Notes: a model not told the origin generated them from the sequence alone. Positions 38,116-51,149 are shown, counted from the stretch's first letter. The stretch: 64,000 bases of DNA from Octopus bimaculoides (GCF_001194135.2 NC_069002.1:25673428-25737427); one strand, 5' to 3'. Numbers and translations are program-made.

Positions 38116-39605
38116 TGAGAGAAATATTGAAAATTTAGGTGAGAATGGATGCTAATTGTGATGCAAATTCTTTCCGGATAGTAGAAAGGACAAAGATGGA
38201 ACTGGTTGCTTGGAGAATTTTATATAATTAGCGTTTGTGGTGGTGGTGGTGAGGGGAGAAGAGAAAGGGGTGTTTGGATAGAGTTTCCTTATATGTGTGT
38301 GTGTGCATGTACATCTGTGTGTGTGTCTGTGCAGAATGAGAAGCCATTCGACAATGTTTCATTAACTGATCTGACAGAAAAATAAATCACTTAATAGACG
38401 ATTCCTTAGACAACATTTAAAATTATATGTGATAGACTCCGGCTGGAGAGAAATTTCAGAACAGCTGAGAACAACATTAGAAAATAACAAAGTTTAATAG
38501 CAAGCATCTATTAATTTATCAACGTAACAGAACTTACCAAGTTTCCCTTAGGAGCGGAAATTTATTGATTTAATAATAATGATAATAGTACTACATTATT
38601 CTATCAAGTTCAATACATTGGACTAATACTGTCCTTTGGCTAACTTACTTTCATTACTAACTTCTTAATTTCATTGAATGAAAATAAGAATAATGTTTCC
38701 GTCAAGAGTAACAATCTGTAGACACCAGAGTAATATTAAAATGAATTCTTTCAATATATTCTCTTGAAAAAAAGTTAAATTGAATCTCAATCACAAAATA
38801 AAGAGATAAATATGCTGTGGTTATTTCCTTGTCGCTTTACTATTGTTTTGTCCCTGAAAGATTGTCGAAAGTGTCAAAGTCAATGTTAGTATTGGATCCT
38901 CAGTTGTAATGCCTTGTCTGCCATTCACATCCTGTCACTGGTGCTGCACTGTTTCCGCTGCCAAAATATTTAACTCTGTTTACTGCAAATAGGTACCTTT
39001 CATAATCCTTTATGGGAAATTCCTAAATCGGAAAAAAACTTTCAATCCTGAGTTAATTTTCTTTGAGTGAGAAAGGTACCACGAATGAAAAATTTCTGAA
39101 AGCACTCATAAAGGCTGGTTTAAAGAAAAAGGGTGTATTGTAGAAGAACATAAAATGAATGTTAATAAAAGTTAAAGTGTTGTGTAGCTGTTTTCCGGTG
39201 AAACATGAAATATTCCCAAAATGAATCTGTTACATATTATGCGAAACTGTTGTAGTGCCAAATTTATATAANNNNNNNNNNNNNNNNNNNNNNNNNNNNN
39301 NNNNNNNNNNNNNNNNNATATATATATATATATATAAGCAGTTACAAAGTATGAGGGTTTAGTTCACAGGTGATCTATACGATTATGTGCACTAGGTAAG
39401 TTCTGTAACGGATTACTAGGGCTCCTCTATGTCATCATTTCATTAAGCTATGCCCTTCTCATTTTCCCTATTTGTCCCTGATGTCGGAATATCCCATTCT
39501 CTGGGATAAACTGTAAGACTGAATTTTTTCCGATAATAATAATAATGTGAATGACTTGAGATGTTTGCTTTGCCCTAACGTTTGTGGTCCTCTTTAACAA
39601 TTATA

Positions 39606-39799
39606 TATAAGTAGTTAAGTATACGCCTGGTCATAAAGCGACCAATGGTTTAACATCCATAAGGCGCTTAGCCCTATGGATGTCTCGTCGGTCCCTAATG
39701 GTGGATGGTATTACGTGAGATATGCCCTCATCCATTAAGATCTTATGGATGCGAAACCATTGGTCACTTTATGACCAGACATATACTTAACTACTTATA
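39606..39799. mobile_element. Fold-back MITE with 58-bp terminal inverted repeats
   Basis: Arms 39606-39663 and 39742-39799 differ at 5 of 58 positions; TA-rich boundaries. Confidence 0.75.
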
Positions 39800-39826
39800 A
39801 ATACATTACTGCTTTATACTTTAGAG

Positions 39827-41105
39827 CAAGGGTCGGCAACCCACGGCCCACGAGGGATTTTCGTCCGGCCTGCCAGCTTAATACCTGGACACCAATTATC
39901 TAATTAGTATGGAATAGTTCACTTCCAGGTTAAGCGGTCACTGGAAAAGTTATTTCGTACCTTCCCTTCTCAGAATTATTCGTTTGAATTTGTTGTCTGG
40001 TGGTAAAACAACCGTGCAGTAAGTATCTGAATTCGATAATAATGTTTATTTAATTATTTGTAATAAACTGTGTTAAATATTTCTAGAATCAGGCCAAAAT
40101 TTGTTTAAAAAATTGCAACCCTGATTTAACGACATCGCTAGAAACCTGGTTTTATCACAAGTTATTTACAATTATCATATTTTATCATATTACTTTATTT
40201 ATATTTACATTTGTTATGATGTTTCTTATTTCTCCATACCAATATCTATTCTTTTTTTCTCTTTCCTATCAAGAAGTCTTTTTTATCTAAAAAAAACAAA
40301 AAAAGGCCCATGGAAATTAAGAAAAGAAAAGTGGAGTTTGAGTGCCGAAATTTTAACGATGAGTGGACACTTAACTATTTTTCATTGAGCACTTCGGAAA
40401 ATGTGTTTGCTTATTTTGCCAAGAAAACATTTCCGTCAAAAAAGTTTCAAATATTAAAAGATACCATGAAACTCGCCATAATCATTACAGCAGTTTTACT
40501 GGGAGAAGACGAAGTTGCACGGCTGAGAAATAATTTAACCAAGCAGTCATCTTTTTTCGTTAGAAAAGTTGAAGAGAATGAACGAAACACTCGTGCTAGT
40601 TACGAGGTGTCGAAACTAATATCAGAAAATATGAAACCTTTTAGTGATGGAAAGTTCTTCAAACGATTATTATTGAAGACAGAAGATGTTGTTTGTCCAG
40701 AAAAAAAAATGGAGTTATTTTCCGTGATCAGCTTATCGGCAAGAACAGTAACAAGACGAATTGGAGAACTAGCAGCAAATGTCAGAAGTGGCTTGAAGAA
40801 CGTTTTAAAACATCTAGAGTATTATTCCATTGCTATCGATGAAACCACAGATATGAAGAATACTTGTCAACTTGCAGTGTTTATGAGAGATATAACACCA
40901 GAATTTGATATTGTGGAAGAATTTGTACAGTTGATTCCTATGAAACACACAAGCACTGGAGCAGATATTTTGAAAAGCAAGATAAAATGGTTTACCGAAA
41001 TGAATCGTAATTTATGAAAGCTTACTGGAGTGACCACAGATGGAGCACCAGCGATGATTGGTGAGAAAAAACGATTTGTTGCATTACTCCAAGCAAACAA
41101 TGGTA
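39827..41105 (+). mobile_element. hAT Buster/Charlie-group transposon, 3'-truncated by a SINE
   Basis: Left TIR CAAGGGTCGGCAACC preceded by CTTTAGAG (nnnTAnnn target). Confidence 0.85.
40310..41103 (+). pseudogene. hAT transposase remnant (SPIN/GTF2IRD2/EPM2AIP1-like)
   Basis: KKRKV..ECR.FN.EW, frameshifted CVCLFC...RYHETRH zinc finger, KPFSDG, SLSARTVTRRI, YSIAIDETTDM, TTDGAPAMIG; compensating frameshifts and a stop near 41015. Confidence 0.9.
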
Positions 41106-41600
41106 TTCTTTTCTACTCTAAGCACAAGGCTCGAAATTTTTAGAGAGTGGGACAGTCGATTAGATTGACCCCAGTATGCAACTGGTACTTAATTTTTCAA
41201 CCCCGAAAGGATGAATGACAAAGTCGACCTCGGTGGAATTTGAACTCAGGACGTAGCGGCAGACGATATACTGCTAAGCATTTCGCCCAGCGTGTTAACG
41301 TTTCTTATTTCTTTACTGCCAANNNNNNNNNNNNNNNNNNNNNNNNNNNNNNNNNNNNNNNNNNNNNNNNNNNNNNNNNNNNNNNNNNNNNNNNNNNNNN
41401 NNNNNNNNNNNNNNCTGGTATTTAATTTATCGACCCCGAAAGGATGAAAGGCAAAGTCGACCTCGGCGGAATTTGAACTCAGGACGTAGCGGCAGACGAT
41501 ATACTGCTAAGCATTTCGCCCAGCGTGTTAACGTTTCTTATTTCTTTACTGCCAACAAGGGGTTACACACAGAGGGGACAAACAAGGACAGACAAACCAA
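41105..41600 (-). mobile_element. SINE family B copy or copies across an N-gap
   Basis: Family B consensus on both sides of the gap. Confidence 0.75.
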
Positions 41601-41849
41601 CTTTTTTAGACTAATTCTTCATGCTGATTTCAAAATTCCCCTCCATTTGTATGCAGCACGTATCAGTTTTTTTTCAGTATATACATGCAAATATTTACAT
41701 AATTGTATATATGAAATCATTAACATAATTAATAAGGACATATCATTTTTAGAAAGTAAATGAGTTTATTGAGTTAAAAAAATCATCACTACCATTCTAC
41801 AAAGAGTGAAAACAAAAAATGGGTCAGACAAAACAAAGTTAGAACAACA

Positions 41850-42395
41850 GAGTTAGAAACATTGTGATTTGGATTTCCTGATCTGGTTAATCAAGGTAAA
41901 GTGTCCAGCAGTTATCAGCCAGTATACTGTCATTCCAGAAGCCTTGGTACCGTTTCTGCATAGCACTAATGTCCTGGAGAAATCTTTTACCATGTTCATC
42001 AGACACTGCTCCAAGGTTATCTGCAAAGAAATCGAGATGGGGAGTCCAAGAAGTGAACTCTCAGTGACATGCAACAACCTTTTGCTGAGTCACATTCCAG
42101 AAGGTTCTTGATGCCATCCTTGTAGTCCATTGCTTTCTTGTTGCCCAAGAAATTCTCACAGATCCAATTGAGAGCATTCCAGGCAGGCAGTTCCGGTTCA
42201 TCCAGTGAAGTTGACATCTTTGAGTATTTCTGTTTCGTCAGTCCAAGCATTATGTGCAAAGGACGCAATAGGACATTACATGGAGGTGTAATGTCCTATT
42301 GCCTGAAACAGTTTGTAAAGACACTAGGGAGGAGAAATGCCAGAGGGTTTGAGTATATTGTAGAAAAGTTTCCCAAAACCACACAGGGCCTTTTT
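41850..42395 (-). pseudogene. Second Chapaev3-like transposase fragment with an internal inversion
   Basis: Minus NVLLRPLHIMLGL...NFLGNKKAMDYK...GCCMSLRVHFLDS and SDEHGKRFLQDISAMQKRYQG; plus strand 42303-42395 LKQFVKTLGRRNARGFEYIVEKFPK. Confidence 0.85.
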
Positions 42396-42486
42396 TAAGT
42401 CACCCTTCTGGAGCCACCGCCATGATGCTCCCTGGTATTTTGATTTGTTGGTTCCACGGTGGAACTGACCATGTAATACCGTACGG

Positions 42487-42490
<4 letters not shown>
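42395..42490 (-). mobile_element. Dong/R4 LINE fragment after (TAA)n
   Basis: LHGQFHRGT...SWRWLQKGDLKK. Confidence 0.7.
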
Positions 42491-42548
<58 letters not shown>

Positions 42549-44214
42549 TACTATTTATATAGTCGATTCAACCATTGGGCACAATCTACCAAAGAAATAA
42601 ATTTGCTGCCACTGTCAAAGCATAGGATCGAAACATGAAATATGGGATTTTTGTCAAGAGATAGTTTGTCGATAAACAAAATAAAAGTAAAAAAAAAAAA
42701 GAAAAAATATCGATGTGTTATTGATTTTAATGTATTTGATGTTCGATTTTTAAGTTTTGCAAACAAACGGCATGGAATTGTGAATTTGAATGTTTGATGT
42801 AAAAATATTTCATGATAAATATATCAACGCTTCTTGTGGTGGTTTTGCAGCATGTCGGAACAATGATTGCCGCAAACTCAATTGCTTCTTTTGTCTCCTT
42901 TCTTCTTTCCACACAGACGTGTGTGTGTGTGTATGTATGTGTATGTGTGCGTATGTGTGTGTATGTGTGTGTGTGTGTGTGTGCTTGCGCGTGTATGCGT
43001 TTGTCTTAGTGCACGTGTGTATATATGTGTGTGTTTGCGCAAGTGTTGTGCGTGCGTATATATGTGTTTGTGTTTGTGTACGTGTGTGTGTGTGTGTGTG
43101 CAGTCTATCAAGTGACATTCGCTGAAAAGAAAAAACAACAACCATTGAAATTCTGAGCTCTGCCAAAAACTACTGTGTATAAAACGAAATGAAACGATGA
43201 CCAACAAATAGAAATNNNNNNNNNNNNNNNNNNNNNNNNNNNNNNNNNNNNNNNNNNNNNNNNNNNNNNNNNNNNNNNNNNNNNNNNNNNNNNNNNNNNN
43301 NNNNNNNNNNNNNNNNNNNNNNNNNNNNNNNNNNNNNNNNNNNNNNNNNNNNNNNNNNNNNNNNNNNNNNNNNATGAAAGATGTGTAATATTTTCTGGCA
43401 TCCATCATTTTCGAACGAAAGGGCTTCCTTTCGTCTTTCTGATCATTTCGTGGATAACTAAATTGATTGATATTCCAGTAGAATTGAGTGAGTGCATAAA
43501 AGTAAGGTTGTAATGATAACGTCTGTTTCAATTAAAAGAAAATGGTGGTGGTGGTGGTGGGGGGGGGGAGAAACAAAATAATAAACGAACAAACTGGGAA
43601 GGAAGTATGGCACCATGGAAGAAGATGAAATAAGGAAATTGTCTTTGGAACTGATGTGGTTTTGAGATAGGTAACGACAGGAAAGGCGGACAGGTGTAGT
43701 CAAGAGAGAGATATGCTAGAGTAATGAAGTAGAAATGACGAATTTTTTTCTCTTTTATTGAGAGAGATGATTGGTTGAAGGAGAAATAGGGAACAGATAT
43801 ATAAAACAAAAGGAATTATGTAAAACACACACACAAAAAAAAACATGAAATAGATAAGTAGAAGAAACATTATTATCAAATAATAGTTGTTTTCTTTTTT
43901 TGGTTTCCAATCACTTCAAGGCAGTCGATAATATTCTGAATTCTTTTCCCTTTATGAAGAAACTCAGTTATTCACGTAGGAGAGAACAGTGTACTAAATC
44001 AATTCCAATATATAATTGATTCCTTCTTTTATTGATTTCTAAGAAAGAGGTGGGCTGAAATGAAAGGCGGAGTTGCCTCTGATGGCGTTTGTCTGGACGA
44101 AAAAGCAGCGAACACAAACCAAGCCAAATATTGTAAATGCGATTTGCTTCTCAGAAGTTATTTAGTCAGGTACCAGCGATCCAATATTTGTTCTTTCTTT
44201 GATCAGACCTCCTC

Positions 44215-44800
44215 CACTTCCTCATTTAATGCCTGTTGTTCATGCTGGCATGGGTTGGATGGTTTGACCAGAGCCGGCAAAGTTGGAAGCTGCACCAGGT
44301 TCCAGTCTGATTTAACATGGTTTCTACCGCTGGATGCCTTTCCTAAAGCCAACCACTTTACAGAGTGTGCTGGGCACTTCTACCTGGCACTATACAAGGC
44401 CTTCTATATGGCACTGGCACGAGTGCTTTTTACATGGCACCGACACAGGACTCTTGCAGGCCAATCCCCTTTACCAGGTGGGGTGGAAGAGGCCTTTAAC
44501 ACTTCTGCTGTGGAGGACGGGTCCTCTTGAGTACAGCAAGGCACCAGGTATTTTGGTCCTTTGTCATCTTGTCTGAAATGTCCAGCGTCCTGAAGTCGTC
44601 CTTGAGTACTTCGACCCACATCTTCCTGGGTCTCCCTCTTCTACGTGTTCCATCTACTTTGAGAGATCGGCACTTCTTTATGAAGCTGCCAGCATCCATC
44701 CGCATCACCTGACCAAACCAGAGCAGTTTTCTCTCTTGCACACTGCATCTAATTCCTCTTATGCCTAACTTCTCTCTCAATACACTAGCACTCTGTTTGT
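44215..44800 (-). mobile_element. RTE-clade LINE 3' fragment
   Basis: QSASVLREKLGIRGIRCSVQERKLLWFGQVMRMD...GTRRRGRPRKMW.EVLKDD. Confidence 0.9.
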
Positions 44801-44900
44801 CCCATCCACCCACCCATTATTTAGTTAGCCACCAGCTATCCAGCATTTTACTTTGGTCAGACATCAGCTATTCCATAGATCGACCAATTATTTCCTAGTC

Positions 44901-44940
<40 letters not shown>

Positions 44941-45388
44941 ATGTGTGTTTGTGTGTTCGTGTGTGTGTTTTTGTCCCCCACCACTGCTTCACGATTGGGG
45001 TCGATTTGAACCTTTAAGGTGGTGCCTTCAGCATGGCCACAGTCTAATGACTGAAACAAATTCAAGACACCTGATAAAAGATATATGTACATACAAATAT
45101 GCACATACAAAGAGGTATATATATATATATATACACACACACACATATAGTTCAAAGAAGAAAAGAAAATGGAGGTAAGGAAGTTAAGAATTATTTATTA
45201 TTAATAAATTGATCATCTTCGCTTCTTACAGCCGTTTCAATTAATACTCAATAATTGAATTACAAATTTGTACATTAAATTTGCATTTATATGACATGAT
45301 CATATTAAGATACTGCTTTTTGCGGCTAAGTGAGTCATTTTTTACTCTTGTTTCTAGCAATGCTGGTACTATAAAATATATCTATATA

Positions 45389-45423
<35 letters not shown>

Positions 45424-45612
45424 TCCAAATGATACTCACACACATACGCACACATACACACACACATGTATGTATGTATATCCACATATAAGCACAGAGA
45501 TGCAAAACAAGGTGGATAAAATATTAATCGATCAGTCATGAGTACTTACGAGAGGTTAAGTGAAATTCTGAAAACCACTTTCTGGTCTTTTCAGCATCAG
45601 AAAAATATTGCA

Positions 45613-45720
<108 letters not shown>

Positions 45721-45769
45721 CTGAATGTCTGTCTATCTATCTATCTATTCATCCATCCGTCTGTTAAAG

Positions 45770-46062
45770 TCTGGTGCTTATTCTATCAATTCCTTTTGCT
45801 GAATCACTAAGTTACAGTAGTATAGACACAGCAACACCAGTTGTCAAGCAGTGGTGAAGAATAAACACAGACGCAAAGACACGCACACACATGCTCACAC
45901 GACAGGCTTCTACACAGTTTCCATTTACCATATTCAGACACAAGGCTTTGGTTTGAATTGTAGTAGGAGGCACTTACTTGCCCAAGGTGCCATGCAGAAG
46001 GACTGAACTTGAAACCACAGGGTTGTAAAACAAACTTCGTAACAACACAACCACGTCTGCGC
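45770..46062 (-). mobile_element. SINE family A copy
   Basis: Reverse complement of family A consensus. Confidence 0.8.
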
Positions 46063-46133
46063 TTATACAGTACTTGCGCCTATAATGTACTTGCGCCTAT
46101 ACTGTACTTGCGCCTATACTGTACTTGCGCCTG
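46059..46133. repeat. 17-bp tandem repeat TATACTGTACTTGCGCC, about four units, at the SINE 5' junction
   Basis: Direct inspection. Confidence 0.85.
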
Positions 46134-46249
46134 TATCATGGCTGCACATATATTTTAGAAAGAGATAGTGGGAAGTTGTGAAGTTCATGCTTTTCTAAAA
46201 ATAATCCTGTAAACGAATAGGTTGACATTAACCAAGGATCAATGCTTCT

Positions 46250-46680
46250 CAAAGTTCTGCTAGAAGTGGTTTAGCATGGCTTTCCATCGCTTGGATAAAG
46301 ACAGGTATTTTGATGGAAGATGGCGAATGTGGTACTTCAAGGACATGCGGAAAGCGGCATTGAAGAGCTTCGAGATCAACACCAATACCTGGGAAACACA
46401 ATCACAAGACAACTTACTCTGCCAGGCGACGCTGTACCAGCAGTGATGCCACGTCCCGCGAACAGAACAGGATTGCAGGAGCACAAAGAAAATGCGAACT
46501 GTGCAAGTGTGCAGTAATAACTCTTTTGCCATCAGTCCCTGCCGCCACTCGTGCCCAACCTGTGACAGGGCTTTCCAAGCATACATTGGAGTGATTGACC
46601 ACAGCCGGACACATCGTGCCCCGTCTTCTCCAATGGGATGTCCTTGGTCCTCGCTGACAACGATGGACAACGATTATTAT
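46250..46680 (+). mobile_element. RTE/BovB-like LINE 3' fragment
   Basis: FKDMRKAALKSFEINTNTWE...SCPTCDRAFQAYIGVIDHSRTH. Confidence 0.85.
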
Positions 46681-46956
46681 TGTTTCATTACTTTTTTTTC
46701 TCTTTTCAAACTTTGCATCCCCCAAAAAGTTGTCTGTTCTGAGTAATTGCTTCGGCGACCCCTGTCATCATCGTGGCTCTTGTGTCCCCTGTGGGCTTTG
46801 CCCATGTTGTGCCACTGTCTGCTAGTAGTTTACACATAAGTGACCACTGCACTGCAATATAGTTGATGTGATGTTCCAGTTGCATGCAAGAATGGACTAA
46901 GGTCAAACTTCATATATATATATATACATTACACACTCAGAGATACATATACATAA

Positions 46957-47006
<50 letters not shown>

Positions 47007-47829
47007 ACACGCATACACACACGCACACAGATACGCACCTACATATAAAAACACTCACAGACACACAGACATACGCACACATTCACATACACAAACGTGC
47101 GCGCGCACACACTCATACACACAATCACTCGCATACACTCACACACGCACACATACACACACACACACAAACACACATATAAACACTCAAGAATACACAA
47201 ACATACACACACACAGTCACATACGCATCAGTATACACACACATACACACAACCACTCGCAGATACACACACACACACACACACACACGAGAATACACAT
47301 ACCTCCCCCCTCTCTCTCTGAACACCTAGAAGTTATGTAATCTGGTTTAATGAGAAAAAACAGCAGGTGAGCACGTCTCTGTCTAAAGCCTGATATTCCA
47401 TATTCGATATCAAATATGGTAAGTGTTTATAGAAACAGTTCCGCTAAATAGCACCGGGGAACACTTAGAATTAAAAACCCAAATTAATTAATTTTATTGG
47501 CACCAAAACCCCAACAAAAACACAATTTTATTTCTCAGTGGTGATGTTGTTTGTTAAGAGGAACGTAATGTTTGCTATCATTTATAGACATACGTGTCGA
47601 AAGTAAATAGACTCCATCGTATTTTGAAAGATTCGTTTCGAGAAACAAAATAATGCCGTTTGATGGTTCTAAGTAATGGTTGGTTGAGTATTTCGCAGAC
47701 AAGCGTTGTGCAGGTTCTAATGATTTAATGTGTAACCGGTTTGGGTATTGAACTAATGGGTGGTGGTCACACAGGTACAGCACTATTATGGGATGGGGTG
47801 TCTGTTTAGTTTTGAAACGTCTGTGTGTG

Positions 47830-48100
47830 TGGAGAGAGAGAGAGAGAGAAAAAGAGAAAGAGAGAAGGAGAGAAGGGGATGAGGAGAAGGAGGAGGAGAG
47901 AAAAAGAAAAGGAAGAAGAAAGAGAAAATGGGAGGGAAAAGAGGGGAGGAAAGTAGAAGAAAAAATGATAGGTAAGGAAGAAGAGAGAAGGTGGAGGAGG
48001 AGGAGGAGGAGGAGGAGGAGAAGAAGAAGAAGAAGAAGAAGAAGAAGAAGAAGAAGAAGAAGAAGAAGAAGAAGAAGAAGAAGATGGGGAGCAGAATGAG
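47830..48100. repeat. Polypurine tract (GA, GGA, GAA)n
   Basis: Direct inspection. Confidence 0.9.
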
Positions 48101-48890
48101 AAGGGGTAGGGAAGAAGAAAGAATTGTCTACAGCACAGGTATGTTTTTGTAGACCCTGACAGGAGGAATTTAAGAGTAAGCCTTGGCGGGATTTGAACTC
48201 AGAACAGAAATAAACATGGCCAATAATTATATCCAATGTTCTAACGAGTTCACCAATTCACTGTTTAAAATAGCAGCCAAATGTCCTCTTCAAATCGCAC
48301 TTAAAGATAAAAGGACACACATAAGATAACACAGACATTGATAGGATGGTCAAAGATGGAGTGTCTTAGATTACACGTCTGCTGGATCAGCAAGGACCTG
48401 GGGTTCTTTGGTCTTTCAGTATGGTCTTTGATCTTTGGTCTTTAAGTTTGAAACAGTGTTTCGCGCTTAAATCTCGTTGACGTCAGCCTTACCTTTCATA
48501 TCGACAAGGCTTCAGGAAACCACGAACCAACATGGGAAGTGAAAGACAATTCAAACGCTGATAAATTTCCTCCTTTTCAAAAACTGAAGTTTGATCTCAA
48601 AGAAATCAAACAGAATCAATAAAGATCGAGTGAACTATGACCCCAATATAATTTGTGACTTTATTCAAGAAAACTAGAAAGATTTTTGTGTGTCTGTAAG
48701 TCAGGGTTTTCAAAAGCAGAAAGATAAGCTGTTCACTTGTGTGTTACTGGAATTGTGATTAATGGTAATAATCCGGTCTTGGTAACATCTTCACTAAAGA
48801 GAAAGTATTCCCAATGGGCAAAGATCTATAGATGTTCCGTTCTTCCTAGGAAATGAAAAGGGAACTTTTATCCATTTTTGTTTCTTAGTA

Positions 48891-49202
48891 TTCTTGTGTT
48901 TCATTCAAGGATTCTTGTGTTTCATTCAAGGATTCTTGTGTTTCATTCAAAAATTCTTGTGTTTCATTCAAAGATTCTTGTGTTTCATTCAAAGATTCTT
49001 GTGTTTCATTCAAAGATTCTTGTGTTTCATTCAAAGATTCTTGTTTTATTCAAAGGTTCTTGTGTTTCATTCAAAGATTCGTGTTTCATTCAAGGATTCT
49101 TGTGTTTCATTCAAAGATTCTTGTGTTTCATTCAAAGATTCTTGTGTTTCATTCGGAGATTCGGGTGTTTCATTCGGAAATTCTTGTGTTTCATTCAAGG
49201 AT
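48891..49202. repeat. 21-bp minisatellite TTCTTGTGTTTCATTCAAAGA, about 15 units
   Basis: Contiguous units without spacers. Confidence 0.95.
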
Positions 49203-49303
49203 AATTACAAACTTCAAAATTTTCCCCCAGAAATTTCGATTTTTAAAAACATTTTTACATTTTAGCTCACCATAATTTCTTATCCTTTCTCCATGAAGTA
49301 TAG

Positions 49304-49529
49304 CAGTAATTCCCTACGTAGGGCATACGCCCCACCAGTGAGACCTGAGAAAATTGTGGCAGAGTTTGAGATCCAAGTGTTTTTGTTTTTTTTTCACATG
49401 GAATTGTGAAAATCTTTTTTCAGACCAAACATACTACACTTATACTTTTTTTTTCCAACAATCAGTGGGGCATATATTTCTTTGGAAGGTTATAGAGGTG
49501 CTTGGGGGAAAATTGGCTGAGAAACATTG
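49304..49529. mobile_element. Non-autonomous hAT MITE (decayed)
   Basis: CAGTAATTCCC... and ...GGCTGAGAAACATTG ends; TSD AAGTATAG/ACGTATAG (1 mismatch). Confidence 0.65.
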
Positions 49530-51149
49530 ACGTATAGGATATCTCTTTCGAAATTCTGTCTTCTATTGTATCTAAGCCTTCTGAATTTAATTTATGTTGC
49601 ATTTAGGTGATTTAGTAACACGATTTTATCTTACTATATCACCAGTGAAAGTACTTCAGTCAGTATCTAACACATTTAATCTGTTTATTCACGGGTAAAT
49701 TCACGGTCACCCCTTCCGAACCAGTGATATTTACATTGAATACAAACATGACAAATTTAGTCAAACATGATGAAAAATATTGATTTGAGGAATTAAAAGA
49801 TATTCGTCTGTCACTGATAACTCACCCACCCTAACAGAGTTAAAAGTTCTAATTAATGTTGCATTATTTTCATGAAATTATATTCTATACTGGGAAACAA
49901 AAAAATTAATGCAGCTGCACTAATATAGCTACACTACCATCTGGCCTCTTTGGTTTCAGATTCGTACCAGATTATCCATTATGCCTCTTTCACAGTATGT
50001 TATTCTTGCTCCTTTAACGTCACAGTCTTGTAGCGAGAAGACAGTATGTTTTAAACCATCGCATTCATAATTCCCATCTTTGGACTACGATTGCCACAAA
50101 AGGCATTAAGCTCATGCGATTGCAATTCAGCCAGTCAGTTGCATTAGTGAGCTGAAATCTTCCTGCCAATTAGTCTATAGAAGGTTCTAGAACTTTTTAG
50201 CTGACTAATAAAAAGGCGAACGAATTCAAGTTTAAGCAGAGCTATCTGAGGATTACATTATTCAGTTCATAGTTTTTTTCCCCCTAAACGATAGTCTCTC
50301 ACCTCACTCCTCTGTTTTCCTTGCTTAGCTTAATTGGCCATTATTAATTACAAACTGTCTTCGTATTACAGTTCAGCATATATTTGCATTAACCAAGTGC
50401 TCTTTTATTGTTAATTCCCAAATGCTGTTATTAATTCAACAGTTGTAAAAATGTATATATTATGTTCCTCATTAAATAAACACAATGAAAAATTATATTC
50501 AATTTAGTCTGATTCTGTGAATTAAACAGGCTGCTCACATAATGTTGTTTATCGTTTATTATTCATTAACTCCATTACAACCGCACTAAAATGTTAAAAT
50601 CTGTTGTATACCCCATTAACCCTAATTTAAGGCACTGAAATGAAAAAATGTTTTCAATTTAGCAAAGTAACTTTCAATTTTCGGTAAGCTTTCTGAGTTC
50701 TCGATATCTGCCAAATATTTGTCATCGAACTATCATGAAGGAGCAAATGCTGTGAAGTGGATTCTCCGGCTAAATCAACGCAACGGAAAAGCTTTGCAAT
50801 TCGTTTTAATGTTACCTGTTTCCAGTTTAATGAAAACATGCAACGTTAAAACGAATTCGAAAATAGCATAAGTTATGTCTTTGGAAATGAATTTTCCTCG
50901 GTTTCGAAGATGAGAATTCAGTTGTGCAATTAGCTGTATTACCTGGCCCCGAATTAGCGTGTAAGTGGCTTAATATTCCTCAGACAAGTGTACTTTCTTG
51001 TAACGCAATTCTTGGACAGAATCAACGTGAAACAGAGTGTGATGCGACGAAGCCAGACTTATACGATTCATCCAACGGCCATGCTGGAGTAATGCGTTGA
51101 TGGGTTTAGTCGAACAAACTGACCTCAGTAATTATTCTTCTTATGTTTG

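Noticed and set aside
38850-38990. Ig-like start VKVNVSIGSSVVMPC on the plus strand
   Set aside because: The frame is bracketed by stops and lacks the rest of an Ig fold; likely chance.
41190-41560. Tandem duplication of a SINE junction
   Set aside because: Near-identical sequence on both sides of an N-gap; most likely an unmerged overlap or two haplotypes.
48891-49202. CRISPR-like array
   Set aside because: Contiguous units without unique spacers, in eukaryotic context and with no cas genes.
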